A stretch of 64,000 nucleotides of DNA, from the NCBI GenBank assembly GCA_040758355.1, contig JBFLWF010000009.1, positions 30,203 through 94,202 of the forward strand, read 5' to 3'. A program made the position numbers and the translations under genes. This stretch comes from Nitrospirota bacterium. Lineage in GTDB: Bacteria > Nitrospirota > Thermodesulfovibrionia > Thermodesulfovibrionales > Dissulfurispiraceae. Below are positions 55,358 through 64,000 of the stretch, one piece after another (within the stretch, counting starts at the first letter, position 1; every line of letters starts with the position of its first letter). Under the pieces are notes generated by a model, which worked only from the letters and a program-made list of their open reading frames with translations, was not told the origin of the DNA and did not search any database.

Positions 55358-57532
55358 GTGAATATTTTTGATATTGATAAAAGTTTGTTCTTTCTCATAA
55401 ATCACGGCACCTCCAATGCCTTATTTGATATGGCAATGCCCTTTATTACATCAAAGAACTACCTGCTGCTCATTCCCTACCTGCTCTATGTTCTTTACAA
55501 GGCGTGTAAAATACAGAATACAGAATACAGGAGTCAGAAGTCAGAATTTGATATAAAAACAGTCTTGTGGGCATTTGTTCTGGCGGCGTTTGCCTTTCTG
55601 TTGAGCGATTGGCTGGGGAATGAAATAAAGCATATCATCAGGAGGATACGGCCTTGTAATGTCCTTGAAGGGGTAAAGCTTCTTGTCGGCTGCACAAAGT
55701 CATACTCTATGCCTTCAAACCATGCCACCAATTCCTTTGCTGCTGCTGTAGTCCTGTATTATTTTACACGCCGGAATATTCCCGTGTTGTTTAGTGTTTA
55801 CCCTTTAATCCTTGCTGCCCTCGTTGCCTTTTCGAGGGTATACGTGGGAGTCCATTATCCAGGAGATGTTGTAGTAGGAGCACTTTTGGGCACTGCTATT
55901 GCGTTTGTAATCGTAGGATTATTCAGATATGCATCATTACACTATAAGACCAAACCGCACTCAACACTGCTTTTTTCCTTTCTGTTCGTAATAAGCGTTT
56001 TCAGGATCTATTACATTTTCCATGGGCCATTGGATCTCAGCCCTGACGAAGCACACTACTGGGAATGGTCGAGAAGGCTTGATTTGAGCTATTACTCAAA
56101 GGGACCAATGATTGCATATCTGATTTATGTTGGCACTTCTATTTTTGGTGATACAGTTTTTGGAATAAGGATAATGGCAGTTATCTTTTCTGCATTGAGC
56201 AGTGTTTATATGTTCAGGCTTGTTAATCATGTGTACCCCCAACAGACAGAAAGTAATGGCCAGCTTGTGGCTTTATCGTCGGCGCTTTTATTGCAAGTTA
56301 TTCCTCTTTTTGCACCATTCGGCGTGATTTTTACCATAGATTCTCCATTTGTATTTTTCTGGATTCTCTCTCTGTATATTTTCTGGAAGGCAATAAACAG
56401 CGAAGGGTCAAAGGGCAATGGTCAAGGGTTAAATTATACTCAATGGATTCTCTTAGGCATTTCCATTGGGCTTGGTCTATTAACAAAATATACAATGGCA
56501 TTCTTTTATGTGTGTGCTTTCTTATTCCTCTTGCTTTCAGAAAAGAGATTCTTGCTCAAAACCGTAGAACCGTATCTTGCATTGGTAATAAGCCTTGTGG
56601 TTTTCAGCCCTGTAATAATCTGGAACTTCCAGCATGACTGGGTAACCATCAGACATACAGCAGAACAGGCGCATGTTTCAGAAGGATTAACAATATCCTT
56701 TAAAACCTTTATTGAATTTCTCGGCTCACAGATAGGAATAATTACACCGATTATCTTCGTAATGATGTTCTATGCCCTAATCAAATTAGGGGCAAGGGGC
56801 AAGTCGAAGACCCATGGGGGGCAAGGGCCAGAGGAATTATTACAATCCGGATTTTTATTGCATTTTTCTATACCTGTTATAGGACTTTTCTTATTAAAGA
56901 GCATCCATGGAAAGGTTCAGCCAAACTGGGCGATGACAGGCTATATAACAGGAATAATCGCATTTGCAAAATATTTTATGGGACGAGGGACAAAAGGCAA
57001 GGGTCAAGGAAGATTGTTAGTAATTGCGGGTATTACAGTTGCGATTCTCGTCACTGTGATAGCCTACTATCCGTCAATCATAAAATTACCTCCTAAATTA
57101 GATCCGTCTTCGCGATTAAGAGGCTGGAAGGAATTGGGCGTGGAGATCGGTAGGATTCATGACTCTATGAAGAATAAAGGGGAAGTCTTTATTTTCTCCG
57201 ACAGATATCAAGTATCGAGCGAGCTTGCCTTTTATGTAAAAGGCTATCCAAGAACATACTGTATAAACCTCGGAAGAAGGATGAATCAGTATGACCTCTG
57301 GCCTGATATAAACAGTAATGCCTTTAAAATACGTAGCAGTGGAAGCACTATTAATGCCATTTTTGTTAGAATAGACAATGTTGATATGCCTTTAGAAGCG
57401 GCTGAGGCATTTGAGAAATATGACAAGAGGCTGTTGCAGGTTTATGATAGAGGGCATCTGTTGAGGGAATATTCCATATTCATTTGTTATAATTTCAAAG
57501 GCATTAAGACAGCAATGCCAGAAAAATATTAG
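55358..57532 (+). CDS. PAP2 phosphatase fused to ArnT/PMT-like GT-C glycosyltransferase
   Basis: K...RIRP, SMPSNHA, SRVYVGVHYPGD (PAP2); DEAHYWEWS...Y..KGPM, LTKYT (GT-C). Confidence 0.85.
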   Translation: MNIFDIDKSLFFLINHGTSNALFDMAMPFITSKNYLLLIPYLLYVLYKACKIQNTEYRSQKSEFDIKTVLWAFVLAAFAFLLSDWLGNEIKHIIRRIRPCNVLEGVKLLVGCTKSYSMPSNHATNSFAAAVVLYYFTRRNIPVLFSVYPLILAALVAFSRVYVGVHYPGDVVVGALLGTAIAFVIVGLFRYASLHYKTKPHSTLLFSFLFVISVFRIYYIFHGPLDLSPDEAHYWEWSRRLDLSYYSKGPMIAYLIYVGTSIFGDTVFGIRIMAVIFSALSSVYMFRLVNHVYPQQTESNGQLVALSSALLLQVIPLFAPFGVIFTIDSPFVFFWILSLYIFWKAINSEGSKGNGQGLNYTQWILLGISIGLGLLTKYTMAFFYVCAFLFLLLSEKRFLLKTVEPYLALVISLVVFSPVIIWNFQHDWVTIRHTAEQAHVSEGLTISFKTFIEFLGSQIGIITPIIFVMMFYALIKLGARGKSKTHGGQGPEELLQSGFLLHFSIPVIGLFLLKSIHGKVQPNWAMTGYITGIIAFAKYFMGRGTKGKGQGRLLVIAGITVAILVTVIAYYPSIIKLPPKLDPSSRLRGWKELGVEIGRIHDSMKNKGEVFIFSDRYQVSSELAFYVKGYPRTYCINLGRRMNQYDLWPDINSNAFKIRSSGSTINAIFVRIDNVDMPLEAAEAFEKYDKRLLQVYDRGHLLREYSIFICYNFKGIKTAMPEKY

Positions 57533-57540
57533 GAGAGAAG

Positions 57541-58485
57541 ATGTCGGTATCTGTTGTTGTTCCCTTATACAATGAGGAAGAAAATGTTAAGGTATTGAAT
57601 GAGAGGTTGAAAGAGGTCCTTGATAACCTTGGCACAGAATACGAAATTATCTATGTCGATGATGGAAGCAGCGACAGGACATTGAACCTCCTTGAGGATA
57701 TACAGAAGGCAGACAGGAATGTTTTGGTGCTCAGCCTCAGAAGGAACTTTGGACAGACTGCCGCTTTTGCCGCAGGATTTGACTTTGCAAGGGGTGACAT
57801 CGTTATCACCATGGATGGTGATCTCCAGAACGATCCGAAGGATATTCCGAGACTCCTCGATGCCATAAGGGATTGTGACCTTGTCAGCGGATGGAGGAAA
57901 AAAAGGAAGGATACATTTCTCACAAGAAGACTCCCTTCAATGATAGCCAACTGGTTAATAAGCAAGGTTACAGGGGTCAAGCTTCACGACTACGGCTGCT
58001 CATTAAAGGCGTACAGGAGGGATGTGGTAAAGAACCTCAGGCTGTATGGCGAGATGCACAGATTTATTCCTGCTGTTGCAAGCTGGTACGGTGTCAGGGT
58101 GGCAGAGATAGAAACCACCCATCATCCAAGGCTCAGGGGAAAATCAAAATATGGTATCTCAAGGACAATCAAGGTATTGCTCGACCTGATAACCGTAAAG
58201 TTCCTGCAGAGCTTTTCCACAAAGCCTATGCAGTTCTTCGGCCCAATGGGCATGATATTCGGAATGGTTGGTGTGGGCATATCCCTGTATCTTTCCATAG
58301 AAAAACTCTTTAGGGGGGTTAATATCGGAGGGAGACCCCTTCTCCTTTTAGGCGCCCTCCTTATAATAGTAGGTGTCCAGTTTATTGGTATGGGTCTCCT
58401 TGGGGAGATGCTTGTAAGGGTGTATCATGAGAGCCAAAAAAAACCTATATATGCAATAAAGAAGATCCTTAGCATAGGAAAATAA
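57541..58485 (+). CDS. GT2 polyprenyl-phosphate glycosyltransferase (ArnC-like)
   Basis: VVVPLYNEE, VDDGSSD, RNFGQTAA, MDGDLQNDP, two C-terminal TMs. Confidence 0.9.
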   Translation: MSVSVVVPLYNEEENVKVLNERLKEVLDNLGTEYEIIYVDDGSSDRTLNLLEDIQKADRNVLVLSLRRNFGQTAAFAAGFDFARGDIVITMDGDLQNDPKDIPRLLDAIRDCDLVSGWRKKRKDTFLTRRLPSMIANWLISKVTGVKLHDYGCSLKAYRRDVVKNLRLYGEMHRFIPAVASWYGVRVAEIETTHHPRLRGKSKYGISRTIKVLLDLITVKFLQSFSTKPMQFFGPMGMIFGMVGVGISLYLSIEKLFRGVNIGGRPLLLLGALLIIVGVQFIGMGLLGEMLVRVYHESQKKPIYAIKKILSIGK

Positions 58486-58486
58486 A

Positions 58487-59452
58487 ATAAATAAAAATAG
58501 AATAAATAAGACAATCAAAAAAATAGCAATACTCATTGCAAAGCTTTCTGTAAGCACTGTCCTCTTTTATTTTCTCCTTTCAAGGATTGGCATACAAACA
58601 ATTATCAACAACATAAGGATGTTAAGTCCCGAGACCTTTATTGCAGCCGTAGGAATGTATATAGCGGCAACCTATCTTTCTTCCAGGAGATGGAACTTGT
58701 TGATCCCGCAGGACGTGGAAACAAAAAGGCTTTTTCCCCTGTATATGATGGGGTCATTTTTTAATGCCTATATGCCTGGAATAATAGGAGGAGATGCGGT
58801 AAAGGCATATTATCTCAGTAAAGTGTTAAAAGAAGATAACTCTACCCACACCTCTCAATCCTCGCTCTCGATTGCCATTGCTTCTGTATTCATGGACAGA
58901 TACATAGGCTTCTCTGCCCTCCTATCCATCAGTATTATTGCTTTCCCCTTTGGATTTAATTATCTCGAAGGAACCCATGTAAAATGGCTTATGCCCATGG
59001 TTTTAGTTGCCTTTATATCAGGCAGCATCATTGTTTTTAAGTTCAGGCTTGGGGAGCGGGTGAAGTTTCTTTTCAGGATCTACGAATACTTCCAGATTTA
59101 CAGCAGAAAAAAGGGTGTTTTGTTCAAGGCGTTTTTATATTCTGTTGTTATCCAGATTTCCGGCATTATCGCCATTTATATTTTATCAAAGGGTATTTCT
59201 CTGAATATCTCGTTTCTGTCTCTTCTGATCTTTGTTCCGATTATTATTCTGATTTCCTTCATTCCTGTATCCATATCAGGGATTGGTTTGAGAGAAGGAG
59301 CATTTGTCATCTTTTTAGGAACAATAGGAGTGCCTTCGGATTTGGCAATGACCCTGTCTATTCTCTGGTTTTTATCGGTGGTAGTTGCGAGTTTGTGGGG
59401 ACTTTTCGAGTATTTAAGATTCAAGGCGGTGCTTGGCGGAGAGATAAAATAG
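58487..59452 (+). CDS. Lysylphosphatidylglycerol-synthase-TM (flippase-like) protein; start uncertain
   Basis: RW, FFNAYMPGIIGGDAVK, SVFMDR, PVSISGIGLREG; open frame with a TM helix upstream of ATG 58619. Confidence 0.8.
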   Translation: MNKNRINKTIKKIAILIAKLSVSTVLFYFLLSRIGIQTIINNIRMLSPETFIAAVGMYIAATYLSSRRWNLLIPQDVETKRLFPLYMMGSFFNAYMPGIIGGDAVKAYYLSKVLKEDNSTHTSQSSLSIAIASVFMDRYIGFSALLSISIIAFPFGFNYLEGTHVKWLMPMVLVAFISGSIIVFKFRLGERVKFLFRIYEYFQIYSRKKGVLFKAFLYSVVIQISGIIAIYILSKGISLNISFLSLLIFVPIIILISFIPVSISGIGLREGAFVIFLGTIGVPSDLAMTLSILWFLSVVVASLWGLFEYLRFKAVLGGEIK

Positions 59453-60994
59453 TAGTCTCTTCAGATCCTTTAAGTTGTTTTGAAATGTATGTGTTTCGTA
59501 ATATTCCTTTAGTCCAAGGAGCAATGCCTTATCAGTGAGATTGAGATTGTATTTTTCTATGACGCTGCTTCCAATAAACTCAAGGTCTTCTCTCCTCTCT
59601 CTCAATGGCGGAATATAAATACTTACGGGCTTTAAGACGCGTAAAAGCCTTTCTGAAAACCTTCCCTCCTTTGCCTCTTCGAAGATATTCTTTTTTGCGG
59701 TAATAAAAAACCTGATATCGAAGAATGCAGGATGGGTTTCCCCTATTTTGTAGAATTCATCTCTGCAGAATATTTCTGCGAGCTTGTCCTGCAGGCTCAG
59801 TGGGATTTTGTCTATATCTTTAAGCAGTATGGTTCCTCCATTTGCAAGCTCTAAAGCGCCTTTGTGCTTTTCTTTTCCTAAAAAACCTCCCTTTGCTCCA
59901 AAGAGTTCTAATTCGAGGGTTTCGCTGTCCAGTGTCCCGCAGTGAATGGATAAAAAGGGCTTTGTTTTTCTGGGATTGTCAGGACGGTGGTGAAGGGCAA
60001 CAGCCAGCAATCGTTTTCCAACACTGGTTTCTCCATGTATGAAGATGTTTTTTTCTTCCCGATTCGCGGCATATATTTTCTCAAGGGAATTTTTCAGAGG
60101 CTCAGATTTTGTTAAGAAGCTGATTCCTGAAAGGTGATAATCTTCTGCACTGACTATGAATTTTTCCGAAAGTTCCTCAACTTTGAACTCCTTACACACA
60201 TCCTCGAATCTTTCTACGATGTCCGCAAGCAATTCCTCGACCTCATTTTCAGGTATTTTGAAATACCTCTTGCTCATCTCCCTGAACTTCTCCTGTGCTT
60301 CAACAACAGCAGGGAAAAGGATTGCCCGCGCTGCGGACTCGCTAACGTCCATAAGCTGGAAAAGCTGATAGGATTTATAGTTTACAGAAAATCTTGCTGG
60401 ATGGCTAAAAAGTTCTATGCGCTGACCATCCTCTGAAAATATAAAATTCATGATGTTTATTAGTTCCTTATAGATTCTGGGCGACACGGTATTTTTGTCA
60501 AGCTGCTTTAAGAGATTTGTCTTGAACAATCTTTCTTCTATAAAGATTTTATGTTCGATAGGGACTCTGAGCAATAAGTCGCAAATTTTTTTATGTTTAG
60601 GATGCTCTGCATACATAAATAAAATCCCGATGGATGACATAATGCCTGCGAAAAATGCCTCTTCGTCTTCTGCTATATCTGCCTTTTCGTTTATAATGGA
60701 TGCCGCCTCTCCAGCCAGAACCGAATAGCACCATAGCAGCATATATTCTTCATCAAGAAAGTAGTCCTGCTGGAGTATATGCCTCTGGAGACCCTCTGCT
60801 CCGATGAGCGATATGGCCTGGGATATGGATGTTATTTCTGCCCTCGTGGTAAGGGCATTAACATTCTGAAGAAGAGAAAAATATAAGCCTGGGTCATATT
60901 TGATCAGTCTCGAAACCTTTTGCAGCGGCTCATTTTCATTCTCAATAATAGAGCGGAGGGAGATTACTGTATGTTCGAAAACAGGGGTACTCAT
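59414..60994 (-). CDS. HDOD + degenerate sigma-54-activator-like AAA+ protein
   Basis: IKYDPGL..LL..VN, ISQAISLIG (HDOD); GETSVGK, ELELFG, ANGGTILL, IPPLRERRED. Confidence 0.8.
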   Translation of the reverse strand: MSTPVFEHTVISLRSIIENENEPLQKVSRLIKYDPGLYFSLLQNVNALTTRAEITSISQAISLIGAEGLQRHILQQDYFLDEEYMLLWCYSVLAGEAASIINEKADIAEDEEAFFAGIMSSIGILFMYAEHPKHKKICDLLLRVPIEHKIFIEERLFKTNLLKQLDKNTVSPRIYKELINIMNFIFSEDGQRIELFSHPARFSVNYKSYQLFQLMDVSESAARAILFPAVVEAQEKFREMSKRYFKIPENEVEELLADIVERFEDVCKEFKVEELSEKFIVSAEDYHLSGISFLTKSEPLKNSLEKIYAANREEKNIFIHGETSVGKRLLAVALHHRPDNPRKTKPFLSIHCGTLDSETLELELFGAKGGFLGKEKHKGALELANGGTILLKDIDKIPLSLQDKLAEIFCRDEFYKIGETHPAFFDIRFFITAKKNIFEEAKEGRFSERLLRVLKPVSIYIPPLRERREDLEFIGSSVIEKYNLNLTDKALLLGLKEYYETHTFQNNLKDLKRLLFYLSAKHRLES

Positions 60995-61015
60995 TAATGT
61001 TATAATAATAGATTA

Positions 61016-62896
61016 ATGTATAAAGAGCAAGACTTTGATGTAATTGTCATAGGTGCAGGCCATGCAGGATGCGAGGCAGCCCTTGCATCTGCCCGTCTCG
61101 GTCTGGAGACCTGCATCTTCACCATTAATATAGACACCATGGCGCAGCTTTCGTGTAATCCAGCCATTGGAGGCCTTGCAAAGGGACATCTCGTGCGCGA
61201 GATTGATGCCCTTGGCGGCGAGATGGCAAAGGTCACGGACATGTCAGGAGTCCAGTTCAGGATGCTCAATCTTTCAAAGGGTCCTGCTGTCTGGTCTTTG
61301 AGGGCACAGGCTGACAGGGTTCTTTACAGGAATAACATGAGACAATCTCTTGAAAGGCAGGAAAACCTTGCCATAAAACAGGGCATGATTGAAAGGATAG
61401 TGACTGAGGACAACAGGGTTAAAGGTATTATCACATCACTCGGCATTTTTTATGGGGCAATGGCCGTGATTGTCACTACAGGCACATTTTTAAAAGGGCT
61501 TATGCACATAGGTCTTGAGAGCTTTCAGGCTGGAAGGGCCGGAGAATTCCCATCCATAGGGTTGTCGGATTCTTTAAGGAACTTAGGTCTTAAAATGGGA
61601 AGGCTGAAAACAGGCACTCCGCCGAGGCTTGATGCGAGGAGTATTGATTTTTCAAAAACCACGTCGCAGCATGGCGATGACCCGCCGCCGCCCTTTTCTT
61701 ACTCCACAGAAAAAATAACAAATCCGCATATGCCGTGTTATATAACATACACTAATAAAAAGACCCACGATATAATCCTCGGAAGCCTCGGCAGATCACC
61801 CCTTTACAGCGGGAAGATAAAGGGTATCGGCCCGAGGTATTGTCCATCCATAGAGGACAAAGTCGTGAGGTTTTCTGAAAAAGAAAGGCATCAGATATTC
61901 TTAGAGCCTGAAGGCCTTGAGACAACAGAATATTATGCAAACGGAATATCCACAAGCCTTCCATATGATGTTCAGGTAAAACTCGTGAGGAGCATAGGGG
62001 GCTTGGAGAATGCAGAAATCATGAGGCCGGCATATGCCATTGAGTACGACTTTGTGTATCCCACACAATTAAGACATAGCCTTGAAACTAAAGGCATAGA
62101 CGGGTTATTCCTTGCTGGACAAATAAACGGGACATCTGGTTATGAAGAGGCTGCTGCACAAGGGATAATGGCTGGTATCAATGCTGCTCTGAAATTAAAG
62201 GGAAAAGATCCCATTGTTCTTGGAAGGGATGAGGCTTACATAGGTGTACTGATAGATGACCTTGTAACAAAGGGAACCAGCGAGCCTTACCGGATGTTCA
62301 CTTCGAGGGCAGAGTACAGACTTCTCCTCAGGCATGATAATGCAGATTTCAGATTGATGGATAAGGGATACAGCATCGGGCTTGTGCAGGAAAATATCCA
62401 TGAAAGATTCAGAGAGAAAAATAGGTTAATGTTTGGCGAAATTGAAAGGCTTAAAAAGGTTCGTATTAAGCCTTCTGATGAAATCAGCGATACACTCACA
62501 TCCCTCGGCACATCTGCAATAAGTGAAGATACTGCTCTGGATAAGATACTTAAACGGCCTGAGATAAAATATGATTTCATAAAAAAATTCGCTCCTGCTC
62601 CTGAGGCTTTAACGTCAGAAATTGAAGGCCTTGTGGAAATTAGTGTCAAGTACGAAGGTTACATTCAGAAACAACTGGAGATGGCAGAAAAGTTAAAGAA
62701 GTTTGAATCTAAGAAAATACCGACAAACTTTAATTACAAAGCAATACCGGGATTGTCAAAGGAAATTGTGGAGAAGCTGTCAGAAATCCAGCCTGAGACA
62801 ATCGGCCAGACAAGTAGAATCCCTGGAATTACGCCTGCTGCGGTATCAATAATATTGGTTTCGGTGGAGAGGCATTGGAAAGAGAAAAACTTCTGA
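61016..62896 (+). CDS. mnmG: tRNA uridine-5-carboxymethylaminomethyl modification enzyme
   Basis: GAGHAGCEAA, SCNPAIGG, GPRYCPSIEDK, AGQINGTSGYEEAAAQG. Confidence 0.98.
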   Translation: MYKEQDFDVIVIGAGHAGCEAALASARLGLETCIFTINIDTMAQLSCNPAIGGLAKGHLVREIDALGGEMAKVTDMSGVQFRMLNLSKGPAVWSLRAQADRVLYRNNMRQSLERQENLAIKQGMIERIVTEDNRVKGIITSLGIFYGAMAVIVTTGTFLKGLMHIGLESFQAGRAGEFPSIGLSDSLRNLGLKMGRLKTGTPPRLDARSIDFSKTTSQHGDDPPPPFSYSTEKITNPHMPCYITYTNKKTHDIILGSLGRSPLYSGKIKGIGPRYCPSIEDKVVRFSEKERHQIFLEPEGLETTEYYANGISTSLPYDVQVKLVRSIGGLENAEIMRPAYAIEYDFVYPTQLRHSLETKGIDGLFLAGQINGTSGYEEAAAQGIMAGINAALKLKGKDPIVLGRDEAYIGVLIDDLVTKGTSEPYRMFTSRAEYRLLLRHDNADFRLMDKGYSIGLVQENIHERFREKNRLMFGEIERLKKVRIKPSDEISDTLTSLGTSAISEDTALDKILKRPEIKYDFIKKFAPAPEALTSEIEGLVEISVKYEGYIQKQLEMAEKLKKFESKKIPTNFNYKAIPGLSKEIVEKLSEIQPETIGQTSRIPGITPAAVSIILVSVERHWKEKNF

Positions 62897-63498
62897 TAAA
62901 CGGTCTAAAAAAGTTAGGCGTTGAGCCTTCTGATACCATTATTAGTCGATTCGACAAATATCTCTTTGAGCTTAAAAAATGGAACCGCGCCTACAACCTT
63001 ACAGCATTAAAAAAGGATGAAGATATAATCATTAAACATTTTTTTGATTCTCTCTTGTATCTAAAAATCATACCCGAAGGGCAATGGAATATTTGTGACA
63101 TAGGCAGCGGTGCAGGTTTTCCCGGAATACCGATGGCCATCGTGAGACCAGAGCTTAATATTGTCCTCATTGAGCCATCAAGAAAGAAGTCGGCATTTTT
63201 GAGGCACATGAAGAGAACCCTTATGCTTAATAATGTCGAGGTATTGGAGAAGAGGGTAGAGGATGTTAAGGACAAGCTTTTTGATATTGCTGTAACCAGA
63301 GCCCTTTTCAGTATCAGCGATTTGATAGAAAAGGCAGGACATGTTTTAAAAAAAGATGGTTTTTTTATATTAAACAAAGGGCCAAAGCTTGAGGATGAAA
63401 TTATTCGTCTTCCTGGCAATGTTAAATTCGAGGTTGTTACAGTCACTTTGCCATGCACCCCTTTACAAAGGAATCTAATAAAGGTTAAAATACTTTAA
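62875..63498 (+). CDS. rsmG: 16S rRNA m7G527 methyltransferase
   Basis: WN..YNLTA, HFFDSL, DIGSGAGFPGIP, VTRA. Confidence 0.95.
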   Translation: MEREKLLINGLKKLGVEPSDTIISRFDKYLFELKKWNRAYNLTALKKDEDIIIKHFFDSLLYLKIIPEGQWNICDIGSGAGFPGIPMAIVRPELNIVLIEPSRKKSAFLRHMKRTLMLNNVEVLEKRVEDVKDKLFDIAVTRALFSISDLIEKAGHVLKKDGFFILNKGPKLEDEIIRLPGNVKFEVVTVTLPCTPLQRNLIKVKIL

Positions 63499-63574
63499 CA
63501 AAGGAATTAGAGGCATAGCCAGTTCTGCTAACTTTTTGAAAAGCAAAGCTTATTGTCCATATAGATTAATCCCC

Positions 63575-63625
63575 TTGACATTAATAGCAGAAGCTGCTAT
63601 TCTAATATTAGAAGATGTTCTTTGA
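63575..63625 (+). promoter_or_regulatory. rRNA operon promoter and boxA-like site
   Basis: TTGACA-17 nt-TATTCT; TGTTCTTTGA at 63616 (second copy at 63824). Confidence 0.75.
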
Positions 63626-63877
63626 TCATGCCTTTCTCTGCAGTACCTTAAGGCTTAGGTGAGCTGAGGGAACAATAAGAGTATGGGAGCCAGTGAGTAA
63701 GTGTAGTGATGCACGCCCCAAACGCCAAAGATTTGGAAGTGCGGGGAAGCCTAAACGCTTACCAAGGTACCCACTTAGAAAAGAGCCTCTGTGAGCTCAG
63801 GCCAAAGGTGCTGTGGGGATTTTTGTTCTTTGAAAACTACTGGTAGATTCTGTCAATGAATTTGAGTTTTCAGGAAA

Positions 63878-64000
<123 letters not shown>

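Overview
Chromosomal window from an anaerobic Gram-negative bacterium; the gene set and order suggest Nitrospirota/Thermodesulfovibrionia or a Desulfobacterota-like organism (inference). It is probably origin-proximal, with two parS palindromes, mnmG-rsmG and the start of an rRNA operon. Most of it is housekeeping: uvrC, ftsEX-envC-ctpA, split transketolase, dnaJ-hspR-clpB-hsp20, hisAF, tolQRAB, moaC, purA, serA, selA, rnhA, mutS2, tRNA-Asn and tRNA-Leu. The main hidden signal is recoding. Four ORFs in the track (28420-31342) are really two tandem ~450-aa exported proteins (signal peptide, CxxCH heme motif, three rhodanese domains), each read through an in-frame TGA in a C-x4-U active-site loop and followed by a SECIS-like hairpin. 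A third candidate selenoprotein is a small lipoprotein ending Cys-TGA (10205-10597) with a hairpin at the same spacing, next to a TlpA and an outer-membrane barrel. A small exported protein ending in Gly-Cys and a chemoreceptor lie beside the rhodanese pair, suggesting a periplasmic Sec/heme sulfur- or selenium-transfer system. Also present: a decayed island at tRNA-Leu (attC-like remnants, TA pair, truncated R-M system), a four-copy ~200-nt palindromic element family with compensatory changes, a two-copy GGA-loop element, heptamer repeats inserted in frame into genes, and a 16S helix-6 insertion.
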